This document shows positions 35,421 through 49,510 of a DNA stretch of 51,946 nucleotides, piece by piece. A program made the translations under genes and the position numbers. The stretch covers positions 75,800,490 to 75,852,435 of the forward strand of contig NC_068981.1 in NCBI RefSeq assembly GCF_001194135.2, written 5' to 3'. The notes beneath the pieces are model-generated. The model worked only from the letters and a program-made list of their open reading frames with translations, was not told the DNA's origin and searched no databases. Positions within the stretch are counted from its first letter, which is position 1; each line of letters starts with the position of its first letter. Origin of the DNA: Octopus bimaculoides (lineage: Eukaryota).

Positions 35421-38400
35421 CATATTGGCCATACAATGCGTATTATTTTACAGCCTCTTTGATGTATATGTATTGAGCTTGTGTGTCGTAAATGTATAAC
35501 TGTTTGTATTATAATGTCTCTTTTACGAAATAAATATAGCACAAATCGATATAATGTATTGTAAAGTGTAATAGATGTGTAAATTATATAAATATGAAAC
35601 TGCATTACGCTAATGAAAATGATTCGCTTTCCCATGCTATATAAAATATATTATTAGCTAAATTAAATTAATGAAGCAGCAACATATTGAATCATTACAT
35701 TGTTATTTGATCTATTCATTTACTGGTTTCAATCATTGGAATGCTACAATATCGGGGTGTTTCGTACTAAAGAAATAGGCATTTACCTTGAACCCAGAAA
35801 ATACTTTATTAAAACAAGTTCTTATTTTACTGTCCTTGACATGTAGAGTTAATTTAGTTAAGATTTGTCCCAGAAACATAAAAAAAAAGACGAACTCTAA
35901 TGCTATAAAACAATTGGCAAAATTCCATACTAGTTCTTCGACCTACTCATCAACCTTATCGTATACGTTTCTTTTTTATTAAATTTGTAGCAAATCGTGC
36001 CGTGTTTAGCATTATGCTTCAGTTTAGCTCTTTCTGATTCAATCTATTGTAAATCGTGACTGTATTTTGTAAAATTGTTATTATAGGTTTTGCTTTCCAT
36101 TTTCTTCAATAAAGACGTTCATTAAATTGACTGAAGAAAGTTTTTGTAGTTTGTAAATTTTATTCCCTTTTCCACAAGACAACAGCGTACTGACACGCAG
36201 ATCATTAGTAAGAATGATTACCATCCAATTCACTGCAAACACCTGTACACAGAAATCGTTCTATCTTTCTCTTCAAGTATGTTGTCCCCATTGGCACAAA
36301 TAAAATCATTCGATAAGTTGCTAATGACATATAATTGTTTCTATCGCCATTAAAGACTTGCTAGCTTTCCTGACTGATAAAACACACATTCACATGGGAG
36401 CACATATATTTACATTTATGTGTATGTATTTGGGTGTTTGTAGGCACTGGGTCTATATAGATATACATATATATACATATATACACACAACAACAAAATA
36501 CTTTCATATATGTATTATATAAGTATGTATATATATGTGTGTGTGTGCGTGTATGTGTGTACATAAGAATATGTGTGTATATATGTACATACATGCATAT
36601 ATATATTGATAGGAAGGACAACAAAAGAAAGAAAGAGACCTCGATATTATGTAAATATTATGTATAACCAATTTTAGTAGATTACCAAATATATCATGTA
36701 TGTATCTATATACTAGAAGCAACCCAAATATTTTCTCGATTTCTAAACATTCTTTTTTTTGTTATGACGCAAAAGATCGCGTGTGATTTAACCGACCCGA
36801 GTATGTTAATAGTATTTGTCTTATCAATCCCAGAATGAACCAATGCCCAAAGTATTTCAGTGGTATTAAAACGCAAGAATAATTTTATGCCATTGTAAAA
36901 ATACGAAGAAAAATATCAAGTCTTTCATAGCGGGCGGTATCAATGTAAAAAGTTTCCTGGAATATATATTTGGTGTCTCTAGCCAAAATAAGGTCAGAGA
37001 GCGAATTGCAAAAGATAAAATTTCTAAAGAGGAAGGATTCAAATGTGTATAGAAAGCAGTCTAGGAGATGAAATACTGCAATCATCAGGGATAGGGAGAG
37101 GAGGAAAATAGAATGTTCAGGCTGACCTGGGCATAGATGCATTTCAATAAGTTGAATGGAGCGGCATCTGACGTTAAATGTAACGATAGAAAAAAAAAGA
37201 AAAAGAAATGATGTTTTTGTGAATTTCTGCCAATCAGCTTTTTGAACCGCCTTTAGGAAAGAAATTGATAGAAGAGAAACTGAAGTCTATTAGATATAAT
37301 GTCCAGCTGTGAGATCATGCTGCTATCGCCACACTTATACCAGTTTTGAATACAAATACCTCATTCTCGAGTTAACCAAGGAGCTTTTCTGTGGTCACTG
37401 ATCTTATTGGGAATAAAAGACAAATCTCCATCAAATCACATGTTGCTGTATAAAAATGCGTGACATTGTATAATTCAGGCTTATAGGAAAATTCGCCATA
37501 AGCTATTTCGTTTTAAATGACCTCATTCCATTTTTAATGTTTGAAGTTTCATTCTATTTTATAAAATCATTAGCTTTTATTGTTTATCATTCTCTTTTTC
37601 CTTTTTTCTTAAAAAAATGTTGATGCAATACGCATTATCATTGTCCATGCGACGAATTTTTCATAGGGCCAAATATCATATACACCGAAAATGTGTACCA
37701 CCAATTTTCCGGCCACGATAATGTAGACCTAGATGTATTATTTCCGAAAGACAGAATGCTTTACAAGCTTCTGAGGCTAGATAAGCAAAAGAAACATTTC
37801 TTATTTGTATACTCAATTTCTATTTTGCCCCCATGTATAGATTTATCATACTAAAGTTCCCTCGAATGTATTTATTTTCAAAGAATTTTCTTTGAATCAA
37901 TCAATAAATATTCATTTTCATTAACACGTTTATTAACATTTCAGCAATATACTAGAGTTCTCGATTCCCACTGACAATGTCCTACAAGAACTGCCTAACG
38001 ATTATAAAGAAGAAACCAAAAGAAAATGTCAATTAAGATTATTATTTTGGTTTTGCCTTGCATTTAAAAAAAAAATTGCTAACATTTAAAAAAAATATTC
38101 AGAGTATTAACTGCGATTTCTTCTCCACATGGATTCCTGACTTTGTAACATATGTTATCCGTTATGTGCTGCTCGCCAAAACATAAAATTAATCTGTCCT
38201 TATCTCATACTCGCCTCTTTATACACATATTAATATTCCATATGCTAAGAAATTCATGTGATGTATTCCACACTCGGTCTCTTGAATTAGAAGCTAAGCC
38301 CAACCATCAAGATTTCTATTGAATGACTATACGTATGTTTTAAAGTCTTACTTTTAATTTTACTGCACCTGACGTCCAAATAGTTTTTTTCCGAAAGCAT

Positions 38401-38989
38401 GAAACCAATACTAGTTAAGCTTTGTTGGCCAATTTAATATTGCATTTTATATTTAATTATGTATACTGAAAGTCTTAATTCATATTATTTTGGCGTACGA
38501 TTCTCGTTGATTTATTGCTGGTAGGTTTTACCTCTTAACTTAATGTTTGTTGATAATAGATTGTCACGGTAAGAAAGGGAACTGAATTTCTTTTCAAAAG
38601 TGTATTATATTCACATTCATTAATATATTCACCAGAAAATTACATGTGGTATAACAGCATCTCCACACACTATATCAGTTTTCGATATATAATCAACAGA
38701 TTGATTCTTGTACATAAAATAGTAAGCAAGTATATCAATGTGCTCAATATATAACTCACTCCATATATACATTCATTCACACACTCAAACACATACACAC
38801 GGGCACGCACACACACATACACACACATATCTTTATTTGTTTATATAGATATGTGAATAAATTTACCGTAAATAGTACTTGATATTTCAATATATAATCC
38901 CTATATATACATTAGTTACAACCATGTTAGTATACGTAAATTAGAGGATAGTTGTATACATAAATTTGAAACACGCATTATATTTACTG

Positions 38990-39069
38990 AACTTATCATC
39001 AGCATCATTATCATTATTATTATTATTACTTTTTTTATTATTATTATCATCATCATCATCATCATTACT

Positions 39070-39104
<35 letters not shown>

Positions 39105-39190
39105 TATTATTATCATTATTATTATTATTATTATTATCATTATCAACTTTATGACCGTCATCATCATTATTAACATGATCATATTATCAC
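38990..39190. repeat. (CAT/TAT)n compound microsatellite
   Basis: Direct inspection. Confidence 0.95.
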
Positions 39191-40317
39191 TGAATAATAT
39201 CAGCAGTAGTAGTTATTGCGGCTGATATTGTTGTATTAACTACCAATAATCGAATGAGTTAAAGTTGGCAGTGTTACCTGAAGCCATTCATTCTAGCCTT
39301 TTTCATTTTTCATCTGCCAGTTTACTCGCAGTCAAAACTATCAGATGAGATAAATGATCTACTCAACAGCAACAACTACGTAAGTTGTGTTTATATATGC
39401 AAATCTTACGAGTGTAGATGTCTCCTATCTATGCCCAACGCTACTGTATTATAGAACCTTTTTATGCATCGATAGCATGAATATATGTAGTTTACGTATT
39501 ATGATAAAGAAACTGAAAACACACTTGAGATTTGCTTTTATTCTTTTGCCTACAAGAGATTATTTGATACGCAATAGAGTTTCGCAGTTTCTTTAAAGAA
39601 TTTTCAATCAAAAAGAAAAAAAATCTAATAACACTAAACTCCGATGCGTATTGGTGATTTATATATTTGTACATTATTTATTATATTTTTGTTTGTTATT
39701 TATGACAACCATATCTTCACACAAACGTTTTCTGAACAATAAGATACCCAACATTACATTCTGTAAATGTCGCAGAAGAGTTCATTTGGACATTATTTCA
39801 GATCAAAGGATATGAAAAAGAAATCTGTAAGTGCATTATACCAAATATTTGTTCCTCTATTCAAGAGGCATTCGTAGAAAAAAAGACAGTAACCCCCCCC
39901 CCCCCCAAAAAAAAAAAGAGAAAGAAAAAACAAGAAAAAAAACGAAAACCTGAGGCCTGCTTTATAATTCCTGCATCCATTAATGATACCGTAAGCGATA
40001 TCAAAAAGTTACACAGTTTTATATGTATTATTTTGGGCCTTTTTTCCTACTTTCCTGTATAAACTGAAGGCATTTTTCTTGCAAATTTGTAAATATATTC
40101 TTCCTTTGCAATCAGAAATGTTGTTTATAGCAATTTTCTTTCGTAATGTTCCTTAACATGACGTGTATATGATTAAATATTTACGTATATTTAGATACAC
40201 GTAAAAGAATGCACAAATATACGTATATACCCATCACCGTCCACAAGCATTTATATGGGCGTGTGTGTATGTACATATATATATATATGTGTATGAGTAT
40301 GTATGTACATATGTATG

Positions 40318-40375
<58 letters not shown>

Positions 40376-40445
40376 TATACATATATTCATACATACACAC
40401 ATAGGCATAAACACACATATACACAAACACACACGCTCGAACGCA

Positions 40446-40477
<32 letters not shown>

Positions 40478-41208
40478 ATATAAATAGCCATTTCTCTGAA
40501 GTCATATTAAAAATATCATTCTGAATATTGCCTTTTCGTGTTAAAGGAATATCTTATTAAATTGGTAAGACGACAAAATTCCTTCCATTTGTTTGCTATG
40601 TGTTCATATAAGAGAATCTTTATAATTCTTAGGTTTTTTTCCCTCCTTTATTTAAATGCTATGAAGGAGGAAAAGTTTTTTGTTCTTTTTTTGAATGATG
40701 ATCCTTTTTATGTTCCCCTTTTTCAAACGAAACATCAGCTAAACCATTGAAACACTAACATATTAGAAATTTGCAGTTAACAATTTTTGTGTATAATCAG
40801 CGTTGGCATTTCTTGTTCATATATTCAGCAAAATCCTTATGAACAACATTCAGAATATAGAGCTCATTCTACAAATTAAGAACGTTATTAACTTGAACGT
40901 TTTTATATTTGGCTTCTTCAATAACATTTCATGAAAATAGTTTTTTTCAATTTATAGACATAGGAATATATGAAAATTGAGTAAATGTTATTTTATTTAA
41001 GCAGCGGACTCTCATTGTGTTTTGTAACGGAAATAACTCCTCATATTTCATTTTATTTTACTGCAGCCTCTTATAAAACTTTTTAATTAACACACGCGCG
41101 CGCAAGCACATATACATGCATATTTACATATATACATACATGCATACATACATATATACATACATATATACATGCATATGCACATTCATGTGTGTGGATA
41201 TATACATG

Positions 41209-41261
<53 letters not shown>

Positions 41262-41517
41262 NNNNNNNNNNNNNNNNNNNNNNNNNNNNNNNNNNNNNNN
41301 NNNNNNNNNNNNNNNNNNNNNNNNNNNNNNNNNNNNNNNNNNNNNNNNNNNNNNNNNNNNNNNNNNNNNNNNNNNNNNNNNNNNNNNNNNNNNNNNNNNN
41401 NNNNNNNNNNNNNNNNNNNNNNNNNNNNNNNNNNNNNNNNNNNNNNNNNNNNNNNNNNNNNNNNNNNNNNNNNNNNNNNNNNNNNNNNNNNNNNNNNNNN
41501 NNNNNNNNNNNNNNNNN

Positions 41518-41570
<53 letters not shown>

Positions 41571-42202
41571 TACACATACACACACATATATATGTATATA
41601 TATACCCACATACGAATGTATAGATACGCATAGAAATATTCGCAGGCAATCATGCATACACACATACACGCACGTACACATACAGACACACACAAGCGCA
41701 CGTACACACAGAAGTTTGAAAATATCAATATACTGATTCTTTATGAACATTTCAGAATGTGTGAGATGTATGCTGCAAAATAATTTCTGTTTCAAATGAA
41801 GTACAAGAAGTAAATTATACATTTATTGCCATTAGGATCCTTATGAAAGAACATAGTGAATAATGAATAATGAATAATAATGAATAATGGTGACTTCACT
41901 GATCATTCAGGTGTTTTAGAAATCATAGCTAGTTCTTTCTCAAAATACATATCCAAACACCTTTAGGTATGCACAATGTCTGAAATTTTGTAGGAGCTAG
42001 TCGATTACATCGAATCCACTGCTCAACTGGTGGTTATTTTACAGACTCCGAAAAGTGGAAAGGGAAAATTTGAAGTCAGAGCGTAAAGACACCCGAAATA
42101 CTAGTAAATATTCTCACTGGCATGGTAGCGATTATGACATGGTACATACATACATACATACACACACACATACATACATACATACATACATACATACATA
42201 CC

Positions 42203-42630
42203 GGACACAGACAGTGTTCGTTAGTCAGATGTCTTCCTGGGGCTAAAAACAACAGTAACACGGTCCTTTGTAGGACCGGTACATTAAGTTGGCAAATATA
42301 TTTTACGATTCCGTACAATTACTGTTTAACTATCGCTTTAAGATTTAACGTAGCTTATTTCTCAGTTTTGAAGATCAGCGACATTTTGTTGCTGAAAAAC
42401 GCATATTGTATTTTGCGGATGACTATCACACACTGAAGACGAGTAACTACCCAGAAACCCGGGTGTGTGTGTATTACGTAAGGCTAGAGATGGAAGTGAT
42501 GAACTTCCCTTGCTAATACTAATCTGGCACAAAGAGTGTGCCGTTATCCAACTGGAGGAGATGTCTACCTGGGGCTAAAAATAATAGTAACACCGCCCTC
42601 TATGGGACCGCCACATTTACTGGACAAATA
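42203..42630 (+). repeat. Partial tandem repeat (period 332 bp) enclosing a degenerate hammerhead at 42427-42471
   Basis: agatgtcttcctggggctaaaa (42227) versus agatgtctacctggggctaaaa (42559). Between them: CACACA-CTGAAGA-CGAGTAACTACCCA-GAAA-C-CCGG-GTG-TGTGTG. Confidence 0.65.
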
Positions 42631-42888
42631 TATATATCAAATGGAGACGAACACCTTTCTTCCATGTGATCAGCTTCATAAATTAGGGCACTGGGATATT
42701 TTGCTACTTTTCTGAACACGAAACCAATCGTGGCCTTAATTCAAAATTAAAGACGCTCTATGCACTAATGAGGTGTCAAACACGCATTTTAATTAATCTT
42801 TCGACTTTTACAAATGAAGTCGAACACACACGATGTGTGTGTTATATATCTTATAACAATACATGTGACGGCCTCTAGCCATTCATTT

Positions 42889-43030
42889 TTGCTGCTACTA
42901 CTATTACTAGTAGTAGTGCCACTACTACTACTGTTGCTGCTGCTGCTACTACTAATACAATTACCACTACCATCACTACTACTACTACTACTACGACGAC
43001 GACGACGACGATGATGATGATGATGATGAC
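42889..43030. repeat. Compound (CTA/CTG/GAC/GAT)n microsatellite
   Basis: Direct inspection. Confidence 0.95.
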
Positions 43031-43408
43031 GTTCCAAAAAGAAAGTTTATGAGTTAATAGATTCTACATAAACTCTATTTAGTGATACTTATTAACTATA
43101 AATAAAACCCCTTTCATAGTATGATTGGTTAATATCATCATCCGATCGTACTTATTGTACGGATTATGCTAGGTCACTCTTGATTGTTACTGGTAATATG
43201 TAACCCATTACAACCTGTTTTTGCCGACTAGTCTGATAACACCACCAAGCTTCCTTGGCGAGGTGCAGGACGAAAAATAAAATGTTTCGAATGGCGGAAG
43301 AACTCATAAGTAATCAGTGGCTATCCTATAACGTTTACAAATATAAATATTGTTTATATATTTTTATTTCATTTATATTTTTAAATCATATTTTTCAATG
43401 TATTCTAT

Positions 43409-43942
43409 CTACCGATCTGCCAGATGAAAGTGACTGGACAGATCCATGAAATGCGGGTTTCCCCTCCTATCCGAATTGGAGCCAACACTATTTACCCGTG
43501 CATCGTATATAGTGTTAAAGTCGCCTAACAGTACTGAAGTGTGTAACGTGCCTAGAAATTTCTCTAGGTCTCCAAAATACTCACACTGTCCAGTACCACT
43601 GGGTTCATAAACAGCTACCAGCTTGAATGCCTTACCACTGCTGGGTGTCACATCAAGGACGACCAACCTGCCCTCCGAGTCAACAAAGATTGTTCTAGTC
43701 TCAATATCCAGATTTTTCCTGAACAGCACAGCAACACCTACTCCGCCTCCGAGTGCGCATGGAGAAATAATTTTCGCGTAGCCGATTAGGAGGAGGGAAA
43801 CGTCTCGCAGACTACTCAACCTGGTCTCTGTAACTGCTATTACATCCAAATTATGCGACCTGAGGTCATTCAGGAAACATCCGTGCTTCCATGACGACCT
43901 CAAACCGTGGGCATTTATACATCCTATTTTGAAAGAAACCAT
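43409..43942 (-). pseudogene. 3'-truncated LINE ORF2: APE (L1-EN/Tx1-type) endonuclease
   Basis: 177-aa open frame with INAHGL, VIAVTET, GGGVGVAVLF, DSEGRLVVLD, VAVYEP and LLGDFN motifs. No RT follows. Confidence 0.9.
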
Positions 43943-45242
43943 TAAAGTAAAGGCTTACCTTCTTGATGGGAAGTAATTCCCATCTTAATCTTCTGCTCCG
44001 GGGCTGGGGGGATGTCGTGGACAAGTACCTCAAAGATTTGTGGCGAAAAATCCCATATTGGAGGGCTTAAGTCGAGTTTGAACTCACTACGGTGTATAGT
44101 GATATTATTTGTATCAATTTAAAAAATTTCAATGTATTTCGGTGTGTTAAATTCTTATATCAAATTTGCCGTTGGGATATTATTAATTTTCGTCAGTAAA
44201 CATTCATATTTTGCGTTTGGTCGAATGGTTGAAAATAATTTCCCTCTTGGGGTCTGAATTTTCTAAATTATTTCTTTTTCGGTGCTTTTTTTCGATGTCG
44301 GGCACGATGGTGCAGGTTGACAATTTATTCTCTTTTGCTTTTTTGTCTTCCATTGTTTTTGCCATTCCGCTTCTTCTGTATTTTTCCTTCAGTTTCTTCT
44401 GTTGGTGTTGATGATTCTGATGATGACGGTAATGTTTTCGCTTCTGGAGTGTCTTCTGGGGGTGGAGATTTCGGTGCTTCCTTGTGCAGATTTGCACTCG
44501 GCTCTGATGTGGCCTAGCTGACGACATCTAAAACACTTCCTCCCTTCTACTATTATTCGGAGCCTGTTATCTCCCACCTCTATAGCCTCTATTATATTCT
44601 CGATGTCGACAGGGAAAGCTTGAACAATCATTTCAATCTCCTTCCCCTGCCAGTTTTGACAGTCTGTTACTGTTGCTTTTAGGATTGCCATTTTTCTTCC
44701 ATTCCGAAGCATATGTCTGCCACCAAACATCCTGCATTCCCTTCCGATGGTATTTCACCTACTTTAATCCTAGACGTTCTTCTGCCTAGGTAAGTGGGTA
44801 AAAGTACCACCTCTGCTGTCCTTAGAGTTTCTATAGAGTGACGTTTCGCCAGCTCGTCGGATTTGAATTTTACTTCCACCGTTGCATATTTTCTTCTTGT
44901 TAAGAACGTTATATCATTCCATTTTTGTTTCAAAGCTAGTTCCATGGCTTCTTTGGAAGCTACATCTAATTTTTTGTCTTTAACAGTCCAATGTTTGTAA
45001 ATTACGGTTCTCTTTTCGACACTTTCTATAGTTTCATAGTCATGGGCAATTTATTTTGGTTCTTGTCACTGCCCTGGCGAATAACAATTTCCCCTTGAAA
45101 CGTGGGTGGGGCACATCGAAAAGACTTTCACAAACGTTAACATGTGTAACAACAAATGTAACAAATGTAACAACACAAAGTTCAACAAATAAACAACGAC
45201 ATATATAATTCACAGTACAACATAGTAATAAACCCAAAATTC
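43409..45242 (-). mobile_element. Tx1/L1-type LINE element C (5' UTR, frameshifted ORF1, start of ORF2)
   Basis: ORFs 44679..44945 (TFLTRRKYATVEVKF) and 44389..44730 (VEGRKCFRCRQLGHIRAEC, intact CCHC knuckle), followed by the APE ORF. Confidence 0.85.
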
Positions 45243-45257
45243 GGAGAAATTACGAAT

Positions 45258-45523
45258 GCCAGGAGAGCGGTTCAAGTTGATTTCTGAGATGCACGTGTAT
45301 TTCGGTTTTTATGACAATTGTTTTTACTGTCACCCACGGCATTCAACACTGCTGCGTTTTGGCGTCACGTTTCAGGTAAAATTGAAAGGTTACCAGCAAT
45401 TTGGGTCTCAGCCATAAACCAGTATATCTTGGAATATTTACTCTTACGTCCCCGAAAAAATTTTCAGAATTTACCATATAAAAATAACATTTGAAAAAAT
45501 CACGTTTTATTTTCGGTTCAGTA
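45258..45523 (-). mobile_element. Second copy of the Tc1-like terminal sequence
   Basis: Matches 13874-14157, e.g. gcaatttgggtctcagccataaaccag is identical. The minus strand begins TA|TACTGAACCGAAAATAAAACG. Confidence 0.5.
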
Positions 45524-45527
45524 TAAT

Positions 45528-45593
<66 letters not shown>

Positions 45594-45952
45594 TGTGTAA
45601 TTCGAATAAGAACACAAAGAGACACTTTTACTCATCTTTAACAATTGTTTCTGTGTCAAATCTGCTTCCAAATAAAAATTCACGCAATATTTCCGGTTTT
45701 AGGCATTATAGCGGCACTTCCGCAGACCTATCAAAGGTGCGAATTTATGTTGTGTTATATATATATAACATAAAGTAGGAGAATGCAGTTAGGAAATCGG
45801 TACTTCTCCTTTGTCAAGAGTATACTGACAAAGAACTAAATTCAATAATTTTAATGTAGGGTAATACATTTGTTTGCTTCATTCATTTTGTTTATTGTAC
45901 ATACCGTGCATATTTATGCGTGTGTTTGGAAATATTTTCTTTTCCTTTTTAT

Positions 45953-46353
45953 TCTTTTACTAGTTTCAGTCATTTGAATGCGGCCATGCTATAGCTCCAC
46001 CATTAGTCGAGCAAATCTACCCCAGGACTTATTCTTTGTAAGCTTAGTACTTATTCAATCGGGATCTTTCGCCGAACCGCTAATTTACGGGGACGTAAAC
46101 ACACCAGCATCGGTTGTCAAGTGATGTGGGGGGGGGCAAAGACAGACATATAAACATATACATACACATACATATGTATACATATATACGACGGGCTTCT
46201 TTCAGTTTCCGTCTACCAAATCCACTCACAAAGCTTTGGTCGGCCCGAGGCCGTAGTAGAAGACACTTGCCCAAAGTGCCACACAGTGGGACTGAGCCCG
46301 TAACCATGTGGTTGGTGAGCAAGCTACTTACCACACAGCCACTCCTGCACCTA
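45953..46353 (-). mobile_element. Family A SINE with microsatellite spacer and extended 3' module
   Basis: Head 46189-46353 matches 51763-51917 in reverse. It is followed by (TA/TG)n and a ~170-bp module ending ..gcatggccgcattcaaatgactgaaactagtaaaaga. Confidence 0.8.
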
Positions 46354-48534
46354 TGCATAATTAATTTGACAATATCATACAATTTAGTTTACGTTATTTG
46401 GTTAAGTATATTCCAGTCTGTCGATGCCTTTCACATATCCAGTTTCCATAATAGTCAGTGCTATAGCCGGTATAATCCTTGAAATTGGTTTTTGACTATA
46501 CCCCTGTGCAATGATTGAAATTTATTGCAAAAATATGATTGAATTGAGAACTGGATTAGAGAAAGCATGGTTTCTCTAGCGATGTCTTTACTTAAAACAA
46601 ACTTTGATTCCCTAACGAGAAATATGCATTAAATTAGGTAAATTAAAGAATTGTAAGTAAATAAATGTAAATAGCACGCACGTTTTTAACATCATGCACA
46701 TCATTCAAATATTTTTTCTCCTATCTTTTGTTTTAGGTAACGTCATTTACATATTTCTATTAAGTGAATTGAGTTCAATGCCCGCATGAGATCAATTATT
46801 CAGATGGGGCCTATTTTCTCTAGCTATTTAAAAACAATTTCATAGTTGTTTTTAATAATTATCTGAACGCTGAGAAACTGCAGTGTTAGAATATTTCTTT
46901 AAATATTGTAATGCTCTTCGTACTTTTTGGTGATCGGCATAGTATTTAAGAATTTGCCAGGAAAGAGAGTAAAATCGATTGTTTTCCAGACAAGTCTATT
47001 TTCAATATTTTCTTCCTTTTCTTGTTGTTTAAATTCCAGACATCACAAATATAGTCATTGCCTTCCATATATTTTCTGTTAGATTTCTATTATTAATCTA
47101 TTTAGTTAGCTGACACATAAATATACTGTTACTAATCAATAAGTTATTATCCTTATTATTCTATTAACCGAATTATAAGAATAAAATAAAATGGCATTAT
47201 TGCAGCCTTTTGTTGTATTAATATTTTTTTTTTTAGCTTTTAATTCAGTTTTCAAAGAGCAGACACATGATCAAAGGCGCTCGGATCTCATCTATTTGTG
47301 AATATACAGGACTATATATTCCAAAGTGTTTTTTCTCTGTTTAAACAGTGGTGTGTGATTTTTGCTATTTTTAGCATGTCAAGTGACCAATTAAAGGTTC
47401 TCTTATAATCTTTTGTATTCCAACAAACAAATTAGAAGAAAAAGAGTCATGTAGTTTTTGCTGAGAAAAGTCTGTCGTTGAAAGAAACATGAATTTAATA
47501 TACGCGTTGTTTGTAAACATCCAAGTATAATAGAAACCAAGCGTAGAAAAATAGACAGTGCTTCGGTCGCAACGTCATAATGACTGGGTCGATCATACAT
47601 ATTGTGAATAATAGATAGTAAAAAGGAAAGAGACCGGGCTAGGAGAACATCGCTTAATGATATTTAGGTATAGACTGAGCTGAAAAAAATCGCATTGCTT
47701 GAAGAACCTCTATCAGGGAACGGAACAGAAACATATGTGAAACCATATAGTTACTGTGGCTGTAAATTTCTGACATTTTCTTTAGATTTTTATCCCTTAC
47801 AGGTTTAACGTCTAGGTAAATGGTAGAATAACGTTTAATACATTTACACAAATATTTGATAATGAATCAAGTAAGAGTCGTATGTGATAGGTATAAGTGT
47901 CTGTAACTTTATTTGCATTCTGTTTCAATTATGTATCTGACGTTGCATCAAAGGAAAATCTAATGGAACATTTCTTTCTGATACGCTACAGATAAATTAA
48001 ATTTCTGAACATTAATCTACTCATATGATGTATCACATTAATCTTATCATTAATCTTACGTAAAATCTATCTTTCAATACATTGGTTTCTTCACTATTCG
48101 CCTACATTGAAAATATATAGTATTTATTTATTTTTTTTTTTTTTGCAGCCTAACAATATATAATCAATGACCTTTATTTTTCTTTAATTTTGATATTTAT
48201 AGCTATGGTTTATACAAACAAACAACTCTGCAAAATATGTGCAATAAAACATCTAGTGAGAGCAACGATATGTCTATTTTTTTCTTTTCAGGATGAAACA
48301 TAAAAGACAGTTGGCAATTTTGCGTTAAATATATTTATATTCAAAACCAAAAAAGCCAAAGAAATTAATTTCTTCCTTTGTAAGGGAAGCTATTGACGAA
48401 AAGAGAAAGCTATTGCTGTTAATGTTACGTAATAACATACACTATAACTATGCGTACATCACCTGTACAAAAACCAAATGTGGATTCTGAAGGGTATGTG
48501 GATTCTTGGATTCTGAAGGGTATGCAACATTTGT

Positions 48535-48720
48535 TATTGTTGCTAGCCCTGGGTCAGCGCGGACAGAAAATATCTATGATCAAAGGCATTCCAACAGGGT
48601 CACTCCAGCATTCATTTGCTCATAAATAACTTGGCTGAATATTTCTACCCTTGTTTCAGAGTACAGGGATTTTATTTGGGAGATTCGGCTCTGTTTCTAG
48701 CAGATATGATTTCCACGTAA
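48535..48720. repeat. Probable old SINE-like dispersed repeat
   Basis: atttgggagattcggctctgtttctagcag..ccac is loosely the reverse complement of gtggtcac..caaatctccatcaaatcac at ~37390-37440. Confidence 0.35.
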
Positions 48721-48861
48721 TGGATATTTTGAAATATGAAGGCAGCCTTTGTGACTGGTGAAAATTATTTCTCTATTCTTGTGTCAGCCATCTCTTCTTC
48801 AAAGGTATTCTCCAGCTAAATTTTTCAATTAGTCTTTAATATTATCATCTAAAATGTAAAA

Positions 48862-49065
48862 AAGCGGCGAGCTGTCAACAACAGAAAATGGTTCGCAAAA
48901 TTTCGTCCGTCTTTATGTTTTGAGTTCAAGTTTCGACTTTGGTCTTAAACCTTGCGGTGTCGCTGAATTGAGTAACAGTTAATCACTAGAATCGACGTTA
49001 TTGACTAGCCCCCTCTTACCAAATTTTAGGCCTCATTCCTATTGTAAAAAGTATTATTTAAAACG
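48862..49065 (+). mobile_element. tRNA-type SINE, family B
   Basis: aagcggcgagctg..atttcgtccgtctttatgttttgagttcaag..gactagccccctc, with B-box-like GAGTTCAA. Confidence 0.65.
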
Positions 49066-49477
49066 TAAGTGTACTGATAAATGTAATTGATTTTCTGTTA
49101 CATTTCGAATCCATATAAATGTGGGGTAAAAAATGGAATCTTTTGAAAGATATAAGTGACACGTTTAAAATCACTTGACCCTAACAGACAAGTGGAACGA
49201 CAAATCTACTTCACATCGACTAAAATACGAATGGGATGTCTCACTCGATGGTGAAAAAGGATTTATCTCAATCGATGGGAAAAGATGCCCACGTTTAGTC
49301 CTCTGACCTTGTACATTTACAATCTCACTTCAAATGAGTCGGTGACCAGGTCAGTCAGTGCGACGATACTGGTGACATCGAGTAATAAATTCTTAAATGA
49401 AGTAAGAGATTCTATGAGGTTTTGAATGGATGTCTTTCACGCTGAAATTCGTACATATACATACGTCCATACATACA

Positions 49478-49510
<33 letters not shown>

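Noticed and set aside
36890-37060. ~55-codon open plus frame (KSFIAGGINVKSFLEYIFG..)
   Set aside because: No start, no convincing splice sites, no recognised family; would need a database search.
47770-48340. Strong-looking splice acceptors (ccttacag, ttttgcag, cttttcag) and a possible 13-nt micro-exon
   Set aside because: Such motifs are frequent in T-rich DNA; no coherent reading frame or partner exons.
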